From Candidatus Kapaibacterium sp. (GTDB lineage Bacteria > Bacteroidota > Ignavibacteria > Kapaibacteriales > UBA2268), in assembly GCA_026390695.1 (NCBI GenBank), contig JAPLFL010000070.1:624-64623 (forward strand): a stretch of 64,000 nt of DNA, read 5' to 3'. The notes below the pieces were generated by a model. It had not been told where the DNA came from and searched no databases. It saw only the letters and a list, made by a program, of their open reading frames with translations. Positions within the stretch are counted from its first letter, which is position 1. Each line of letters starts with the position of its first letter. Positions 20,701 through 29,715 of this stretch are shown piece by piece. Position numbers and translations under genes: made by a program.

Positions 20701-21236
20701 ATTGCCTTTAAATCCACTTTTTTAATTGGAAACTGGATTCGAGTTGGCACATTATTCAAACTAATAAATTTTGTATCGCTCCCTATTATATAATTGGCTG
20801 TGGTTCCACTGCTATCAATAAGTGTTGTTTTAACAGAATATTTTTGATTTATGTTAAACGTAGGATTAGAGCGATATTTCAATGTATCCGGTGAATCTCC
20901 GTAATTCCAATTATAAGTACGTTGATTCTGCAGATTGGAATCCATTATACCTGTCGGTTTATAAACAACATTGTAAGTAAGATAGTCCCATTCTCCGCAG
21001 CTATAAATATCTTGCATCGTTCGCGAATCACATTTAAGAGAATACTTCATAATTATCCTTCTATATGTATCACTGTTATTTGGAAATGGGAAAATTCCGC
21101 GACGTGTTTGAATAGAGTCGTAAGTAAAAGTTTTTACAACAACAGTATCTTGAGCATTGAGGCTGCTACTGCAGATTATCAAGCTAATAATCAATGACAC
21201 ATTTAATTTGTATAATAAATCCATTTTTAAATCCAA
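17796..21236 (-). CDS. 1146-aa secreted multi-domain protein: LamG/concanavalin-like domain + PNGase F-like N-glycanase domain + T9SS C-terminal sorting domain
   Basis: Signal peptide. LamG-like block FTLEGWVYISNGVDWARF...THVALVFDG. Segments YEIGRFITPYGKMLDLGPNGFTWFYDVTDYASLLKGN, GHGHQSNNGQYPHCCEWKDNEHS and CASNPVYPQGGTWPGSREGWCPGDIVPDF align with Elizabethkingia PNGase F as I remember it (WYEIGRFITPYW...EIDVTDFKSLLSGN; GWGHAKPYDAGSRGCAEWCFRTHT; CSANPINNQSPGNWAPDRAGWCPGMAVPTR). C-terminal YPNPADDKLTIALP...VILKSQNYEIRKQFVKR is a Por_Secre_tail. Confidence 0.6.
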   Translation of the reverse strand: MDLKMDLLYKLNVSLIISLIICSSSLNAQDTVVVKTFTYDSIQTRRGIFPFPNNSDTYRRIIMKYSLKCDSRTMQDIYSCGEWDYLTYNVVYKPTGIMDSNLQNQRTYNWNYGDSPDTLKYRSNPTFNINQKYSVKTTLIDSSGTTANYIIGSDTKFISLNNVPTRIQFPIKKVDLKAIGVKSGQYNMMKFNFSGTGTTIKNFTLKLFLSNDTSAFFANNFETYFQGDLTISKDGWINIPLSMPFTYSSLLGMVVQISYDGLSNNNPVKIICSNGTSIAANDKAYCMNFEGDDYVDCGLVPQFDGLQKFTLEGWVYISNGVDWARFMEKGGKIGIELTAAGDVYCIMRNWTNSYAYAKNALPKQTWTHVALVFDGTQANENNRLRLLINGSSVALTVRGTPIPQWTPDLKSPFIVGENLNGKLFEIRAWKTDLTDSVIKVWMLKPIDSSHPSQKNLILYLPMNDTLNYLKDQSGLSQNVKPFGFPSYNKLSKDDMQFNVKLNNILPNMALFAGTYKIKNDTTIVADTVFARKYYIQKWAIVNNKPKQIDTIYACQPGWCWVYNPNSNKIDSLYLDFQTKISNSSNTYYSDPYEIKEAYEIGRFITPYGKMLDLGPNGFTWFYDVTDYASLLKGNVDFEVGNQQELPEVTFYMIKGTPPRNVKKITKLWQENNHGAFLDLNYASLSNDTRLSKLNVPISKDIKQSKIITRLTGHGHQSNNGQYPHCCEWKDNEHSLLFNGIKECTWHIWREFDCASNPVYPQGGTWPGSREGWCPGDIVPDFVFEVQKFIKNDTLNIDYDISKVPATNLGMGSGNYVVSMQLFEYDKANNDYDVELLDIITPNITPYYSRKNPICANPSVIIRNNSSANDLTKLSFKYSVAGSIEQTYDWNGLIKPNMTETISLPWADSQLWIGDSTRVFNCIVNLNDGNQDTYLTNNTAHSVYRIPDIYPNKFIINYLTNLRPFDYSFEIKDANGNIIYSPSNLATQTRITDTISLKDGCYTLEIFDPYNEGFSYWADPSQGSGALSFMGLDKKTIKAFNPDFGHLIYHCFTVGVKKYVEDSGLQYLANLYPNPADDKLTIALPLLETEIYEIMVNNLSGSVIHREMAFLGGNSIKEISTANLAVGAYFVILKSQNYEIRKQFVKR

Positions 21237-21297
21237 TTATTGAAAAAAGAAGTTAATAAGATAAAATTATTATTTACTACATTAAGGGATTAATAAT

Positions 21298-21927
21298 TTA
21301 ATTGGTCAATTCAATTCTTTGTTTACAAAAGCGAATTTCTCGCTCATCATTTGAAGCTATCAATACAATAGAGTTATTTGTAAGATGGCTTTCAATCAGT
21401 GAATCAACAGCATCAATTCCCTGAATATCAAGATTAGTGGACGGTTCATCAAGCATAAGAATAGCAGGATCTGCAATTAATGCGTTGATATATTTAATAC
21501 GTTGCTTCATGCCGGATGAAAAAGTACGGATGGGGTCATTGCGACGCTTGTATATATTAAAATGTTTCAGGAGATTTACAGCCTTTTCTTCTGAAAAATG
21601 TATCCCGCGAATTTTTGCAAAAACTTGAAAATGCTCAATAGGTGTGAATTCTTCGTATAAGATCAGATATGGAGAAACAAAGCCGATTTTCTCGGATATG
21701 TTATCATAATCTATCTTAACTCCGCTAATGGTGCAGTTAATCTCACCTTTTGTCGGACTAACAACACCTGCAATGATTTTTAACATTGTTGATTTTCCAG
21801 ATCCGTTGGAACCGGTGATTGCGAGAGCCTCTCCCCCATTCAAATCAAAATTTACTTTATCAAAAACTTTAAAGCCTTTGCCAAAGATTTTTCCTAAATT
21901 TTTTACCGATAATGAGTTCTGTTGCAT
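21298..21927 (-). CDS. ABC transporter ATP-binding protein (short, stand-alone, 209 aa)
   Basis: Walker A GSNGSGKST, signature SSGMKQR, Walker B ILMLDEPSTNLD. No permease gene adjacent. 6 bp downstream of the HExxH T9SS protein gene. Confidence 0.7.
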   Translation of the reverse strand: MQQNSLSVKNLGKIFGKGFKVFDKVNFDLNGGEALAITGSNGSGKSTMLKIIAGVVSPTKGEINCTISGVKIDYDNISEKIGFVSPYLILYEEFTPIEHFQVFAKIRGIHFSEEKAVNLLKHFNIYKRRNDPIRTFSSGMKQRIKYINALIADPAILMLDEPSTNLDIQGIDAVDSLIESHLTNNSIVLIASNDEREIRFCKQRIELTN

Positions 21928-21933
21928 ATCTTA

Positions 21934-23709
21934 CTATTTTAATACTACAGCAAATTTACCAATACTGAAACTATTCTGATTTTTCACCACAAAGAAATAA
22001 ATACCGCTTGATAATCCAGTCAAACCCTCGACTGACACGACCTTAAAAGGTGGTTTTTCAGATGTATAATCAGCAAAAACTGTTCTATCTCCGGAATACA
22101 CTTCTAACATCTCAGAATTGTAAATCGTAAGATTCACTTTCTCGTCAAACATAGATTCATCCGATGCTGGGAAATAAATTTTAGAATCTTTCTTGATATT
22201 AAATGGATTTGGATAAGCAAATTTAATATTTTCCGAATTGGTGAGAAAAAAAGTATCACAAATGGAAACATTCGAGACTGAATCTATGGTTTCACTATAT
22301 TTTATTGACTGAAAAAACCTCATATTATCCTGCTGGCCTGATTTCCAACGATAAATAAAAGTTGATGGTTTTTCGAGAGCCTGTACATTAGTGGCGAATA
22401 AGTCAGTATTGGTGTACATAAAAGTAATATTTTCCAATACATTATGACCTAACTTCGGGAATCCGAATCGAACCATCTTCGGTTCAAATGGTAAAATTCT
22501 TCGATAAACTATTGTGTCACTTTTTACTTTTATTAAATCTGATATTATAAACTCAGGGAATGAGTCAGCATCCTCAAAATATACACCGGGAATGGCTCTG
22601 GAACCTGTAAAATATATCCAAGGTAAAAATTCCTTCCATGCGTTTGCAAGTGTACTGCCATGTTCACGGAAAGCTATATCCATAGCAGAATATGGTGTAA
22701 TTGAATCTGCAAACAAATCAAATATTCGTTTAAAAAATGAGTCTCCATACAGTTTATGTGTGTATTGGAAAAATATTGACCAACAATATAAATCCGATCT
22801 GTCCCCTGAAAAAAGATGAAGATCATTTTGCTCAAAAATTACATGCAGATAATTTATATAATCCTTAACATCAGGATAAGAGCGGTACTCCATCCAGGTT
22901 GCCGTCATTTCTAAAAATCCGGAGAAATATGGTTGAAAGAAATGCTGTGATGTGTCATTATTTGGAATAACCCCCATCCTGAATTGAAGAGCATGAAAGA
23001 ACTCGTGAGCTGCAGTAATTTTCAAGCCTTCCATACCAGTTGAATAATAATGATTTTTTATTGTAGAATCTTTAACGGAAGTATCTTTCCCGTTAATAAG
23101 CGTATCCCGATTAAAAATAATTGTATCAATTTCCAAATATGATTTATCAACGACAATAAAGCTTGAATAACATTTCCTATAGCGATTATTTTGCAAAATT
23201 GGAAAATCATCAATATAGGTCAAACCATAAGGCCCACGAATATTTGTTATATAAATATCATAAGCTTCAGAGCCACCAAGGCCAGAATCACCGACCGGTG
23301 ACATAAAACCCAATTGATTCACTTCTAATGAATATGCCTGATCGAAATAGAATCCAACCGAATCAATATAATCAGGGATCCCATTTTTATCTGAATCGAT
23401 GACTGAGACTGAGTCTTCGCCCTTTGTGTTGTAATGAATTCTGAATTTCCCTAATTTTGAATCATAAAAAAATGGGAGTTCGTATTTATTTCTGTCGTCA
23501 TTAACTGCCAAGCTTGGGAATAATTGCTTTTTTATTCTATTTTTCAAAGATGAATCTGCAAATGTTCCGCATTTAATATCAATTTTGTTATTAGTGGGAA
23601 CAACAGCTATCAATTGATTTGATAAAAAAAGCATTATGATCAAGAAAACAAAAAATTGAATCCGCTTTAACAAATCTTTGAAATATGGCTTTGAATCGAA
23701 CATCTTCAT
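21934..23709 (-). CDS. T9SS cargo protein with HExxH (gluzincin-like) metallopeptidase motif
   Basis: N-terminal signal/anchor. TAAHEFFHALQF with a downstream Glu-containing FLEMTATWMEY. C-terminal Por_Secre_tail (FAYPNPFNIKKD...GIYFFVVKNQNSFSIGKFAVVLK). Confidence 0.45.
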   Translation of the reverse strand: MKMFDSKPYFKDLLKRIQFFVFLIIMLFLSNQLIAVVPTNNKIDIKCGTFADSSLKNRIKKQLFPSLAVNDDRNKYELPFFYDSKLGKFRIHYNTKGEDSVSVIDSDKNGIPDYIDSVGFYFDQAYSLEVNQLGFMSPVGDSGLGGSEAYDIYITNIRGPYGLTYIDDFPILQNNRYRKCYSSFIVVDKSYLEIDTIIFNRDTLINGKDTSVKDSTIKNHYYSTGMEGLKITAAHEFFHALQFRMGVIPNNDTSQHFFQPYFSGFLEMTATWMEYRSYPDVKDYINYLHVIFEQNDLHLFSGDRSDLYCWSIFFQYTHKLYGDSFFKRIFDLFADSITPYSAMDIAFREHGSTLANAWKEFLPWIYFTGSRAIPGVYFEDADSFPEFIISDLIKVKSDTIVYRRILPFEPKMVRFGFPKLGHNVLENITFMYTNTDLFATNVQALEKPSTFIYRWKSGQQDNMRFFQSIKYSETIDSVSNVSICDTFFLTNSENIKFAYPNPFNIKKDSKIYFPASDESMFDEKVNLTIYNSEMLEVYSGDRTVFADYTSEKPPFKVVSVEGLTGLSSGIYFFVVKNQNSFSIGKFAVVLK

Positions 23710-23791
23710 AATTCCAAAAAAAATACTACATCGTTAAATTTTTAGAATTTAAAACACAATGTAGTATAAATAAATTTCAAATGTTTTTGAC

Positions 23792-24226
23792 TTATTTTAA
23801 CATTTCCTTAATCATTCCCCACGAACGTTTAAAGTAGCTTGCTTTATGTGAAACACTTACAGCATTGCTATAGTTCGCAGTTTCATCAGAATTAACAATT
23901 CTAAGACGATAGCAATAACTTGCTTTAGCTTGTGGAGAAGAGGAATTGCCCGAAGCCTTCATCAATTCATCATCCTTATCTTCGAATTGATAAGTCTGGT
24001 AGCTGCCTTTGGCATTTAATAACGAAACTTGCTTGTAAATATTAACTTTCGGGTCGTCTGTTCTTTCAACTTCATATCTCGTGACGTTTGATTCGTCATT
24101 AGATTTCCATTCAACAGTTATGGTTTTACCGTCTGATTCAGCCTTAATATAATTAATTAAATCAGAGGCATAAAGTACCACGCTACTGATTAAAACAAGC
24201 AATATTGCATATTTGATTTTTTTCAT
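23792..24226 (-). CDS. Small secreted protein, Fn3-like
   Basis: Signal peptide plus Fn3-like strands (TITVEWKSNDESNVTRYEVERTDD ... YCYRLRIVNSDETANYSNAVSV). Confidence 0.4.
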   Translation of the reverse strand: MKKIKYAILLVLISSVVLYASDLINYIKAESDGKTITVEWKSNDESNVTRYEVERTDDPKVNIYKQVSLLNAKGSYQTYQFEDKDDELMKASGNSSSPQAKASYCYRLRIVNSDETANYSNAVSVSHKASYFKRSWGMIKEMLK

Positions 24227-24365
24227 ATTCGAATTTACAAAAAATATTCAAAACAACAAGGATTTGAATGAAATGACTGTTAAAAAAATAAAATATTTTA
24301 TTGTTAGCTGTAATAATTTTAATTTTATATTGAATTAATTAATTTTTTTACAACTGAGGTATATT

Positions 24366-26252
24366 ATGGCGGATTATCCGGATTTTTATTATCCGAATGA
24401 GGATGTAATTAAAAATGCTCATATAAAAGATTGGGATTCATTCAATTCTGAGGCAATGAATGACCCAGAAGGTTTCTGGGAAAAACATGCACGGGAACTG
24501 CATTGGTTTGAAGATTGGAACTGTGTTTTGGACGAATCAAACAAACCTTTTTATAAATGGTTTAAAAATGGTAAAACCAATATTGCATATAATTGTCTTG
24601 ACGTCCACATGCAGACATACAGGAGAAATAAACTTGCTCTTGTTTGGGAAGGAGAAAACGGTGATGTGCTCACTCATTCTTATTATTCACTTCATCGGGA
24701 AACAACGAAATTTGCTAATATCCTTCGAAGCCTCGGAGTTAAAAAAGGTGACAGAGTTACCATTTATATGGGACGAATCCCTGAATTGATGCTTGCAATG
24801 CTGGCTTGTGCAAAAATTGGTGCTATCCATTCCGTAGTATATGGTGGATTCTCTGTAGAAGCCCTGCATGAACGCATTGAGGACTCAGAATCAAGAGTAC
24901 TTATTACTGCTGACGGTGCTTTTCAGAGAGGAAAGATAGTTCCGCTTAAAGAAATAGTAGATGAAGCACTAAAACGCGCTGCCACAGTAGAGCATGTACT
25001 TGTTGTCAAGCGCACCGGACAGGATGTTTATATGGAATCCGGCCGTGATATGTGGTATCATGAGCTTGCAGCCTTGCCTATTGCAATGCAAAATGGAAGT
25101 CATACCGAAATCATGGATTCGGAAGATCCTTTATTTATACTTTATACATCAGGTACAACTGGCAAACCAAAAGCAATTCTGCACACCCACGGCGGTTATA
25201 TGGTTGGTACATACACTACATTAAAATATGTGTTTGATATAAAGGACGAAGATCGATATTGGTGTGCTGCGGATCCTGGCTGGATAACCGGACACAGTTA
25301 TATTGTTTATGGGCCACTACTCAACGGAGCGACCTCATTTATGTATGAAGGAGCTCCAAATTACCCATATCCTAACAGATGGTGGCAGATGATTGAAAAA
25401 TATGGTATAAATATTTTATATACCGCACCTACAGCTATTCGTGGGTTAATGCGCTTTGGTGAAGCTTGGGTCAACAGGCATGATTTATCTTCGCTCAGAT
25501 TACTCGGATCTGTTGGCGAACCGATTAATCCTGAAGCATGGCGCTGGTACTACAATGTTGTTGGTAAAGGCCATTGCCCTATCATGGACACATGGTGGCA
25601 AACCGAAACGGGTAATTTTATGATTACACCACTTCCTTGTATGCCATTGAAGCCCGGTTCCGGCACTAAACCTTTTCCGGGAATTGAAATGGATATACTT
25701 GATGAAGATGGAAATCCAGTTGCAGCAAATCAGGAAGGATACCTTGTTATAAAAAAACCTTGGCCAGCTATGCTTCGAACTATATATAAAGATCCTGATC
25801 GCCTTGTAAGCCAGTATTTCTCACGTTTTCCGGGTTATTATATGACAGGCGACAGTGCCCGTCGTGATGAAGATGGATATTACTGGATAATAGGTAGAGT
25901 GGATGATGTTATCAAAGTTTCTGGCTATAGGCTTGGTACTGCAGAAATTGAAAGTGCTCTTGGAAGTCATCGTGACGTAGCAGAATCAGCAGCTATTGGC
26001 ATTCCACACGAAATTAAGGGAAATGTGATTTATGCTTATGTAATTTTAAATAATGGAGTAGTGGCAAGTGATAGTTTGGCTGAACAACTTAAAGCTCATG
26101 TCGGCTATGAAGTTGGTCCAATAGCAAAACCTGAGAAAATCGAATTTGTTGACTCTCTTCCTAAAACGAGAAGCGGTAAAATAATGCGTCGTGTTCTGAA
26201 AGCTAAGGCTCAAGGCCTTGATCCGGGGAATTTGTCAACACTTGAAGATTAG
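24366..26252 (+). CDS. acs: Acetyl-CoA synthetase family, AMP-forming acyl-CoA ligase
   Basis: 628 aa. AMP-binding motif [32 protein letters not shown] closely parallels Acs (YTSGSTGKPKGV.HT.GGYLV.A..T.KYVFD). C-terminal [11 protein letters not shown] lysine motif. GAGGT RBS. Confidence 0.7.
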   Translation: MADYPDFYYPNEDVIKNAHIKDWDSFNSEAMNDPEGFWEKHARELHWFEDWNCVLDESNKPFYKWFKNGKTNIAYNCLDVHMQTYRRNKLALVWEGENGDVLTHSYYSLHRETTKFANILRSLGVKKGDRVTIYMGRIPELMLAMLACAKIGAIHSVVYGGFSVEALHERIEDSESRVLITADGAFQRGKIVPLKEIVDEALKRAATVEHVLVVKRTGQDVYMESGRDMWYHELAALPIAMQNGSHTEIMDSEDPLFILYTSGTTGKPKAILHTHGGYMVGTYTTLKYVFDIKDEDRYWCAADPGWITGHSYIVYGPLLNGATSFMYEGAPNYPYPNRWWQMIEKYGINILYTAPTAIRGLMRFGEAWVNRHDLSSLRLLGSVGEPINPEAWRWYYNVVGKGHCPIMDTWWQTETGNFMITPLPCMPLKPGSGTKPFPGIEMDILDEDGNPVAANQEGYLVIKKPWPAMLRTIYKDPDRLVSQYFSRFPGYYMTGDSARRDEDGYYWIIGRVDDVIKVSGYRLGTAEIESALGSHRDVAESAAIGIPHEIKGNVIYAYVILNNGVVASDSLAEQLKAHVGYEVGPIAKPEKIEFVDSLPKTRSGKIMRRVLKAKAQGLDPGNLSTLED

Positions 26253-26261
26253 TTTTATTAT

Positions 26262-26410
26262 ATCATTTCCTTAATGAATTAGGAATTATTGTCATTCCCG
26301 CGCATGAGAGTGTGTGAAAACTACCTTTTCTTGTCATTCCTGCGAATGCTGGAATCTCCTGATTCCTGCATTCGCACAAATGACAGCCTTCAAGTAGGAA
26401 ACGATATTAG
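26262..26410 (+). repeat. MITE-like palindromic repeat, copy A (best-preserved copy)
   Basis: atatcatttccttaatgaattaggaattattgtcattcccgcgcatgagag...cttgtcattcctgcgaatgctggaatctcctgattcctgcattcgcacaaatgacagccttcaagtaggaaacgatattag. The ends match copies B and C. Confidence 0.75.
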
Positions 26411-26470
26411 TTATGATTTGATAATTAAGAGTCATGAGAAATTCATTTAAAAAAAATTACAATTATAACA

Positions 26471-26502
26471 AAAAAAGCTCCATTTATTTTGGAGCTTTTT
26501 TA
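26471..26502 (-). terminator. Rho-independent terminator (bidirectional hairpin) downstream of rpmA-rplU and of acs
   Basis: aaaaaAAGCTCCatttattttGGAGCTTttttt. A 7-bp GC-containing stem flanked by A-run and T-run, usable on either strand. Confidence 0.65.
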
Positions 26503-26520
26503 ATTTTTCAACTATTTGAT

Positions 26521-26778
26521 TTAGTTTACTGGAATAACAGAAACGAACATTTTATCATCTCTTTTTTTCTCAAATTTGACAGATCCATCAATTAAAGAGA
26601 ATATTGTGTAATCCTTACCTAAACCGACATTCAAGCCGGGATGAACTTTAGTTCCACACTGACGAATGATAATATTTCCGGGGTTCACACTTTCTCCACC
26701 GAAAACTTTTACACCACGGCGTTGTGCATTGGAATCACGGCCGTTTCTCGTCGAGCCACCACCTTTTTTATGAGCCAT
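26521..26778 (-). CDS. rpmA: 50S ribosomal protein L27
   Basis: [26 protein letters not shown] is the canonical L27 N-terminus. 85 aa. Confidence 0.9.
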   Translation of the reverse strand: MAHKKGGGSTRNGRDSNAQRRGVKVFGGESVNPGNIIIRQCGTKVHPGLNVGLGKDYTIFSLIDGSVKFEKKRDDKMFVSVIPVN

Positions 26779-26811
26779 AACTAACCTCTATTTAAAATTA
26801 TTTTTTCAAAA

Positions 26812-27120
26812 TTATAAACTAAATTCGCCAATTTCAATACGAGTATATTTTTGACGATGACCGTTTAATTTACGGTGACCTTTTCTGCGTTTTTTATGAA
26901 ACACTAAGACTGTCTCATCTTTTCCGTGTTCTAAAATTTTTGCACTGATAGAACCTTCAATGTAAGGTGTTCCGGTTTTTAATATACCGTTATCATCAAC
27001 TAACAAAATATTGTTAAAACTAACGCCATCACCAGGCTCTCCGGCAAGACGGGGTACATTCAAAACTTCTTTTGGTTCAACCTCGAATTGCATTCCTGCT
27101 ATTTCGACTACTGCAAACAT
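26812..27120 (-). CDS. rplU: 50S ribosomal protein L21
   Basis: MFAVVEIAGMQFEVEP...HKKRRKGHRK is the L21 signature. Immediately upstream of rpmA, in the conserved rplU-rpmA order. Confidence 0.9.
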   Translation of the reverse strand: MFAVVEIAGMQFEVEPKEVLNVPRLAGEPGDGVSFNNILLVDDNGILKTGTPYIEGSISAKILEHGKDETVLVFHKKRRKGHRKLNGHRQKYTRIEIGEFSL

Positions 27121-27220
27121 TCTATTACCTTATATACTTTTAATAATTTTACTCAATACGAAAAAGTAAATTAACACTTTTTCTCAAAACATCCAAATTA
27201 AACTAAAATTTTCTGCTCTA

Positions 27221-28501
27221 TTAAGCACTATGAACGATTTCCCGTGGTACTTCAAATGCATCATACTGATAGATTGGCTCTGCTTTTTCATTGACCGACC
27301 CTTCTGTAAGTGTACATTTTATTACATTTTGTTTATCTGGTAATTTGTACATAATTGGCAACATAACTTCCTCAACAATTGATCTCAATGCTCTGGCACC
27401 TGTATGTCTGTCAAGTGCTTTCTTTACGATAGCTCTGAGAGCTTTTTCTTCTAATTCAAGACCAATACCTTCCATTGAGAAAAGCTTTTTATATTGCTTT
27501 ACGAGCGCATTTTTGGGTTGAGTCATAATACTAAGCATTGCATCCTCGGATAGTTCTTCAAGAGGTGCGAGCAGAGGGAGTCTTCCAATTAATTCGGGTA
27601 TAAAGCCAAATTTAAGTAAATCTTCCGGTTCTGCTCTTTTTAGCAATTCGTGATTTTCGTCAATTGTAATCATATTTGGAGCAGTAAAGCCAATAGTTGA
27701 AGTTCTGAGCCTTCGTGCAATAATTTTTTCCAGACCTTCAAAAGCTCCGCCACAAATAAATAATATATTTCGAGTATCGATAAAGATTAGCGGCTGTTCC
27801 GGATGTTTTCTACCACCTTTTGGAGGAACACCTGCTTTTGTACCTTCTAATATCTTAAGAAGTGCTTGCTGGACACCTTCACCCGAAACATCGCGCGTAA
27901 TACTCGATGATTCGCTTTTACGGCCGATTTTATCTATTTCATCAATATAGACGATTCCGCGCTCGGCAGCCTGAACATTATAATTGGCACTCTGCAATAG
28001 ATGCACTAACACAGTTTCAACATCATCACCGACATACCCTGCTTCAGTTATTGTTGTTGCATCTGCAATTGCAAAAGGAACTTTTAGAATTCGCGCTAAA
28101 GTACGCGCCAGAAGGGTTTTTCCGGTTCCAGTAGGCCCAAGTAACAGAATATTTGTTTTTTCAATTTCAACATCGGAATATTCTCCACCCAGATTCTCAG
28201 CATTAATTCTCTTATAATGATTATAAACTGCCACGGAAAGCGCTTTCTTTGCGTAATCTTGGCCAATCACATAATCATCTAACATTTTTTTTAGCTCAGA
28301 AGGCTTTGGTAGCTTATTTTCACCGGTTGAGAAGAATTCCTTCTCGGAATTTCTTTTAATTATTTCAAGTGATTTATTTATACAAATATCACAAATAAAT
28401 ATTTCGTTCGGCCCTTCGATCAACGTCATTACCTCATAAGAATGTCTGCCACAGAAGGAGCATGTAATCTCATTATAAGGTGATTTTATTTTTTTTCCCA
28501 T
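27221..28501 (-). CDS. clpX: ATP-dependent Clp protease ATP-binding subunit ClpX
   Basis: N-terminal C4 zinc finger [11 protein letters not shown]...CDIC. Walker [12 protein letters not shown]-like loop [12 protein letters not shown]. Directly downstream of clpP. Confidence 0.9.
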   Translation of the reverse strand: MGKKIKSPYNEITCSFCGRHSYEVMTLIEGPNEIFICDICINKSLEIIKRNSEKEFFSTGENKLPKPSELKKMLDDYVIGQDYAKKALSVAVYNHYKRINAENLGGEYSDVEIEKTNILLLGPTGTGKTLLARTLARILKVPFAIADATTITEAGYVGDDVETVLVHLLQSANYNVQAAERGIVYIDEIDKIGRKSESSSITRDVSGEGVQQALLKILEGTKAGVPPKGGRKHPEQPLIFIDTRNILFICGGAFEGLEKIIARRLRTSTIGFTAPNMITIDENHELLKRAEPEDLLKFGFIPELIGRLPLLAPLEELSEDAMLSIMTQPKNALVKQYKKLFSMEGIGLELEEKALRAIVKKALDRHTGARALRSIVEEVMLPIMYKLPDKQNVIKCTLTEGSVNEKAEPIYQYDAFEVPREIVHSA

Positions 28502-28519
28502 TATCCTATCAATCTTAAA

Positions 28520-29137
28520 TTATAAATCCTTTTTTTCGCTTGGAATATCGGTAGAATTGTAAAGAATTTTATCTACAATACCGTATTCAAGCGCTTCCTG
28601 AGCTGTCATATAGTTGTCGCGGTCTGAATCGGTTTTAATCTGTTCGACTGTTTTCCCAGTATGATTTGCAATAATTCCGTATAATGAATCGCGAGTTCTA
28701 AGAATTTCCTTTGTATAAATTTCAATATCTGTAGCTTGTCCCTGAGAGCCACCTGAAGGCTGGTGCATTAATATTCTTGCATTTGGGAGTGAAAATCTCT
28801 TTCCTTTTGCACCTGCACAAAGCAGAACTTGAGCCATAGATGCACCAAGTCCCATACATATAGTGCTAATCTCAGGTTTGATAAATTGCATTGTGTCATA
28901 AATTGCAAGTCCTGCACTGACAGATCCACCCGGAGAATTAATATATAAATTAATATCCTTATTAGGATCTTCACTGGCTAAAAATAATAATTGTGCAATT
29001 ACAAGGCTTGAAATGTAATCATCTATTGGTGATCCAAGGAAAATTATTCTTTCTTTTAGTAATCTTGAATATATATCATATGAGCGTTCACCGCGACTGG
29101 TCTGCTCTACGACCATTGGTATCAATTGATTAAACAT
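28520..29137 (-). CDS. clpP: ATP-dependent Clp protease proteolytic subunit ClpP
   Basis: [19 protein letters not shown]... GxSMAQ catalytic Ser context (LGASMAQ) and HQPSGG His motif. Confidence 0.9.
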   Translation of the reverse strand: MFNQLIPMVVEQTSRGERSYDIYSRLLKERIIFLGSPIDDYISSLVIAQLLFLASEDPNKDINLYINSPGGSVSAGLAIYDTMQFIKPEISTICMGLGASMAQVLLCAGAKGKRFSLPNARILMHQPSGGSQGQATDIEIYTKEILRTRDSLYGIIANHTGKTVEQIKTDSDRDNYMTAQEALEYGIVDKILYNSTDIPSEKKDL

Positions 29138-29263
29138 ATAATTATCTTTCTATTATTCGATTTTTAACAATATATTAACGACGAGTAAAATTAAAAAATA
29201 TTATAAAAAAACCATCTGAATTTAACATAAACAGATGGTTTGTAAAACTAAAGGCAATATTTA

Positions 29264-29593
29264 TTAATCATCATCATCAACTTCTTCTTCTTCTTCGTCG
29301 TCATCATCTTCGTCATCGTCAGCCCATTCACCTTCTTCATCCTCCCAATCCTCATCTTCTTCTTCATCTTCATCCCAGTCTTCATCTATGTCTTCCCAAT
29401 CCTCATCTTCATCTTCATCATCTTCTACATCTTCATCTTCGTCATCCCAGTCTTCATCATCTTCATCCCACTCATCCTCTTCTTCATCCCAATCTTCTTC
29501 CAAAACTTCTTCATCAGTCAACATATATTTCAATGCTCTTTCATCTTCCAGATCATTAATACTGAAGATGTTGTTACCAAATTCTTTTTCCAT
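29264..29593 (-). CDS. Polyacidic (Asp/Glu-rich) protein with heptad-spaced tryptophans
   Basis: AAGAGG RBS 7 nt upstream of the ATG. A non-repetitive N-terminus (MEKEFGNNIFSINDLEDERALKYMLTDEEVLEE) precedes ~75 aa of D/E with W every ~7 residues. The opposite-strand ORF 29388..29636 is a poly-Ser mirror image without a convincing start context. Confidence 0.45.
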   Translation of the reverse strand: MEKEFGNNIFSINDLEDERALKYMLTDEEVLEEDWDEEEDEWDEDDEDWDDEDEDVEDDEDEDEDWEDIDEDWDEDEEEDEDWEDEEGEWADDDEDDDDEEEEEVDDDD

Positions 29594-29715
29594 TTTCGTG
29601 CCTCTTATGATAAATTTTAAATTTCTAATTTCTTAAACAAATTCTTGATTATATAATTCTAAAATTCAGGAATAAAAAAAAGAAAAAATAATGAATTTTC
29701 CATAAACAAGAAAAC

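Noticed and set aside
29388-29636. 82-aa poly-Ser ORF on the plus strand
   Set aside because: It is the antisense reading of the GAT/GAA repeat. The opposite-strand polyacidic ORF has a proper AAGAGG RBS and a complex N-terminus, whereas this one runs into intergenic sequence and lacks a start context.
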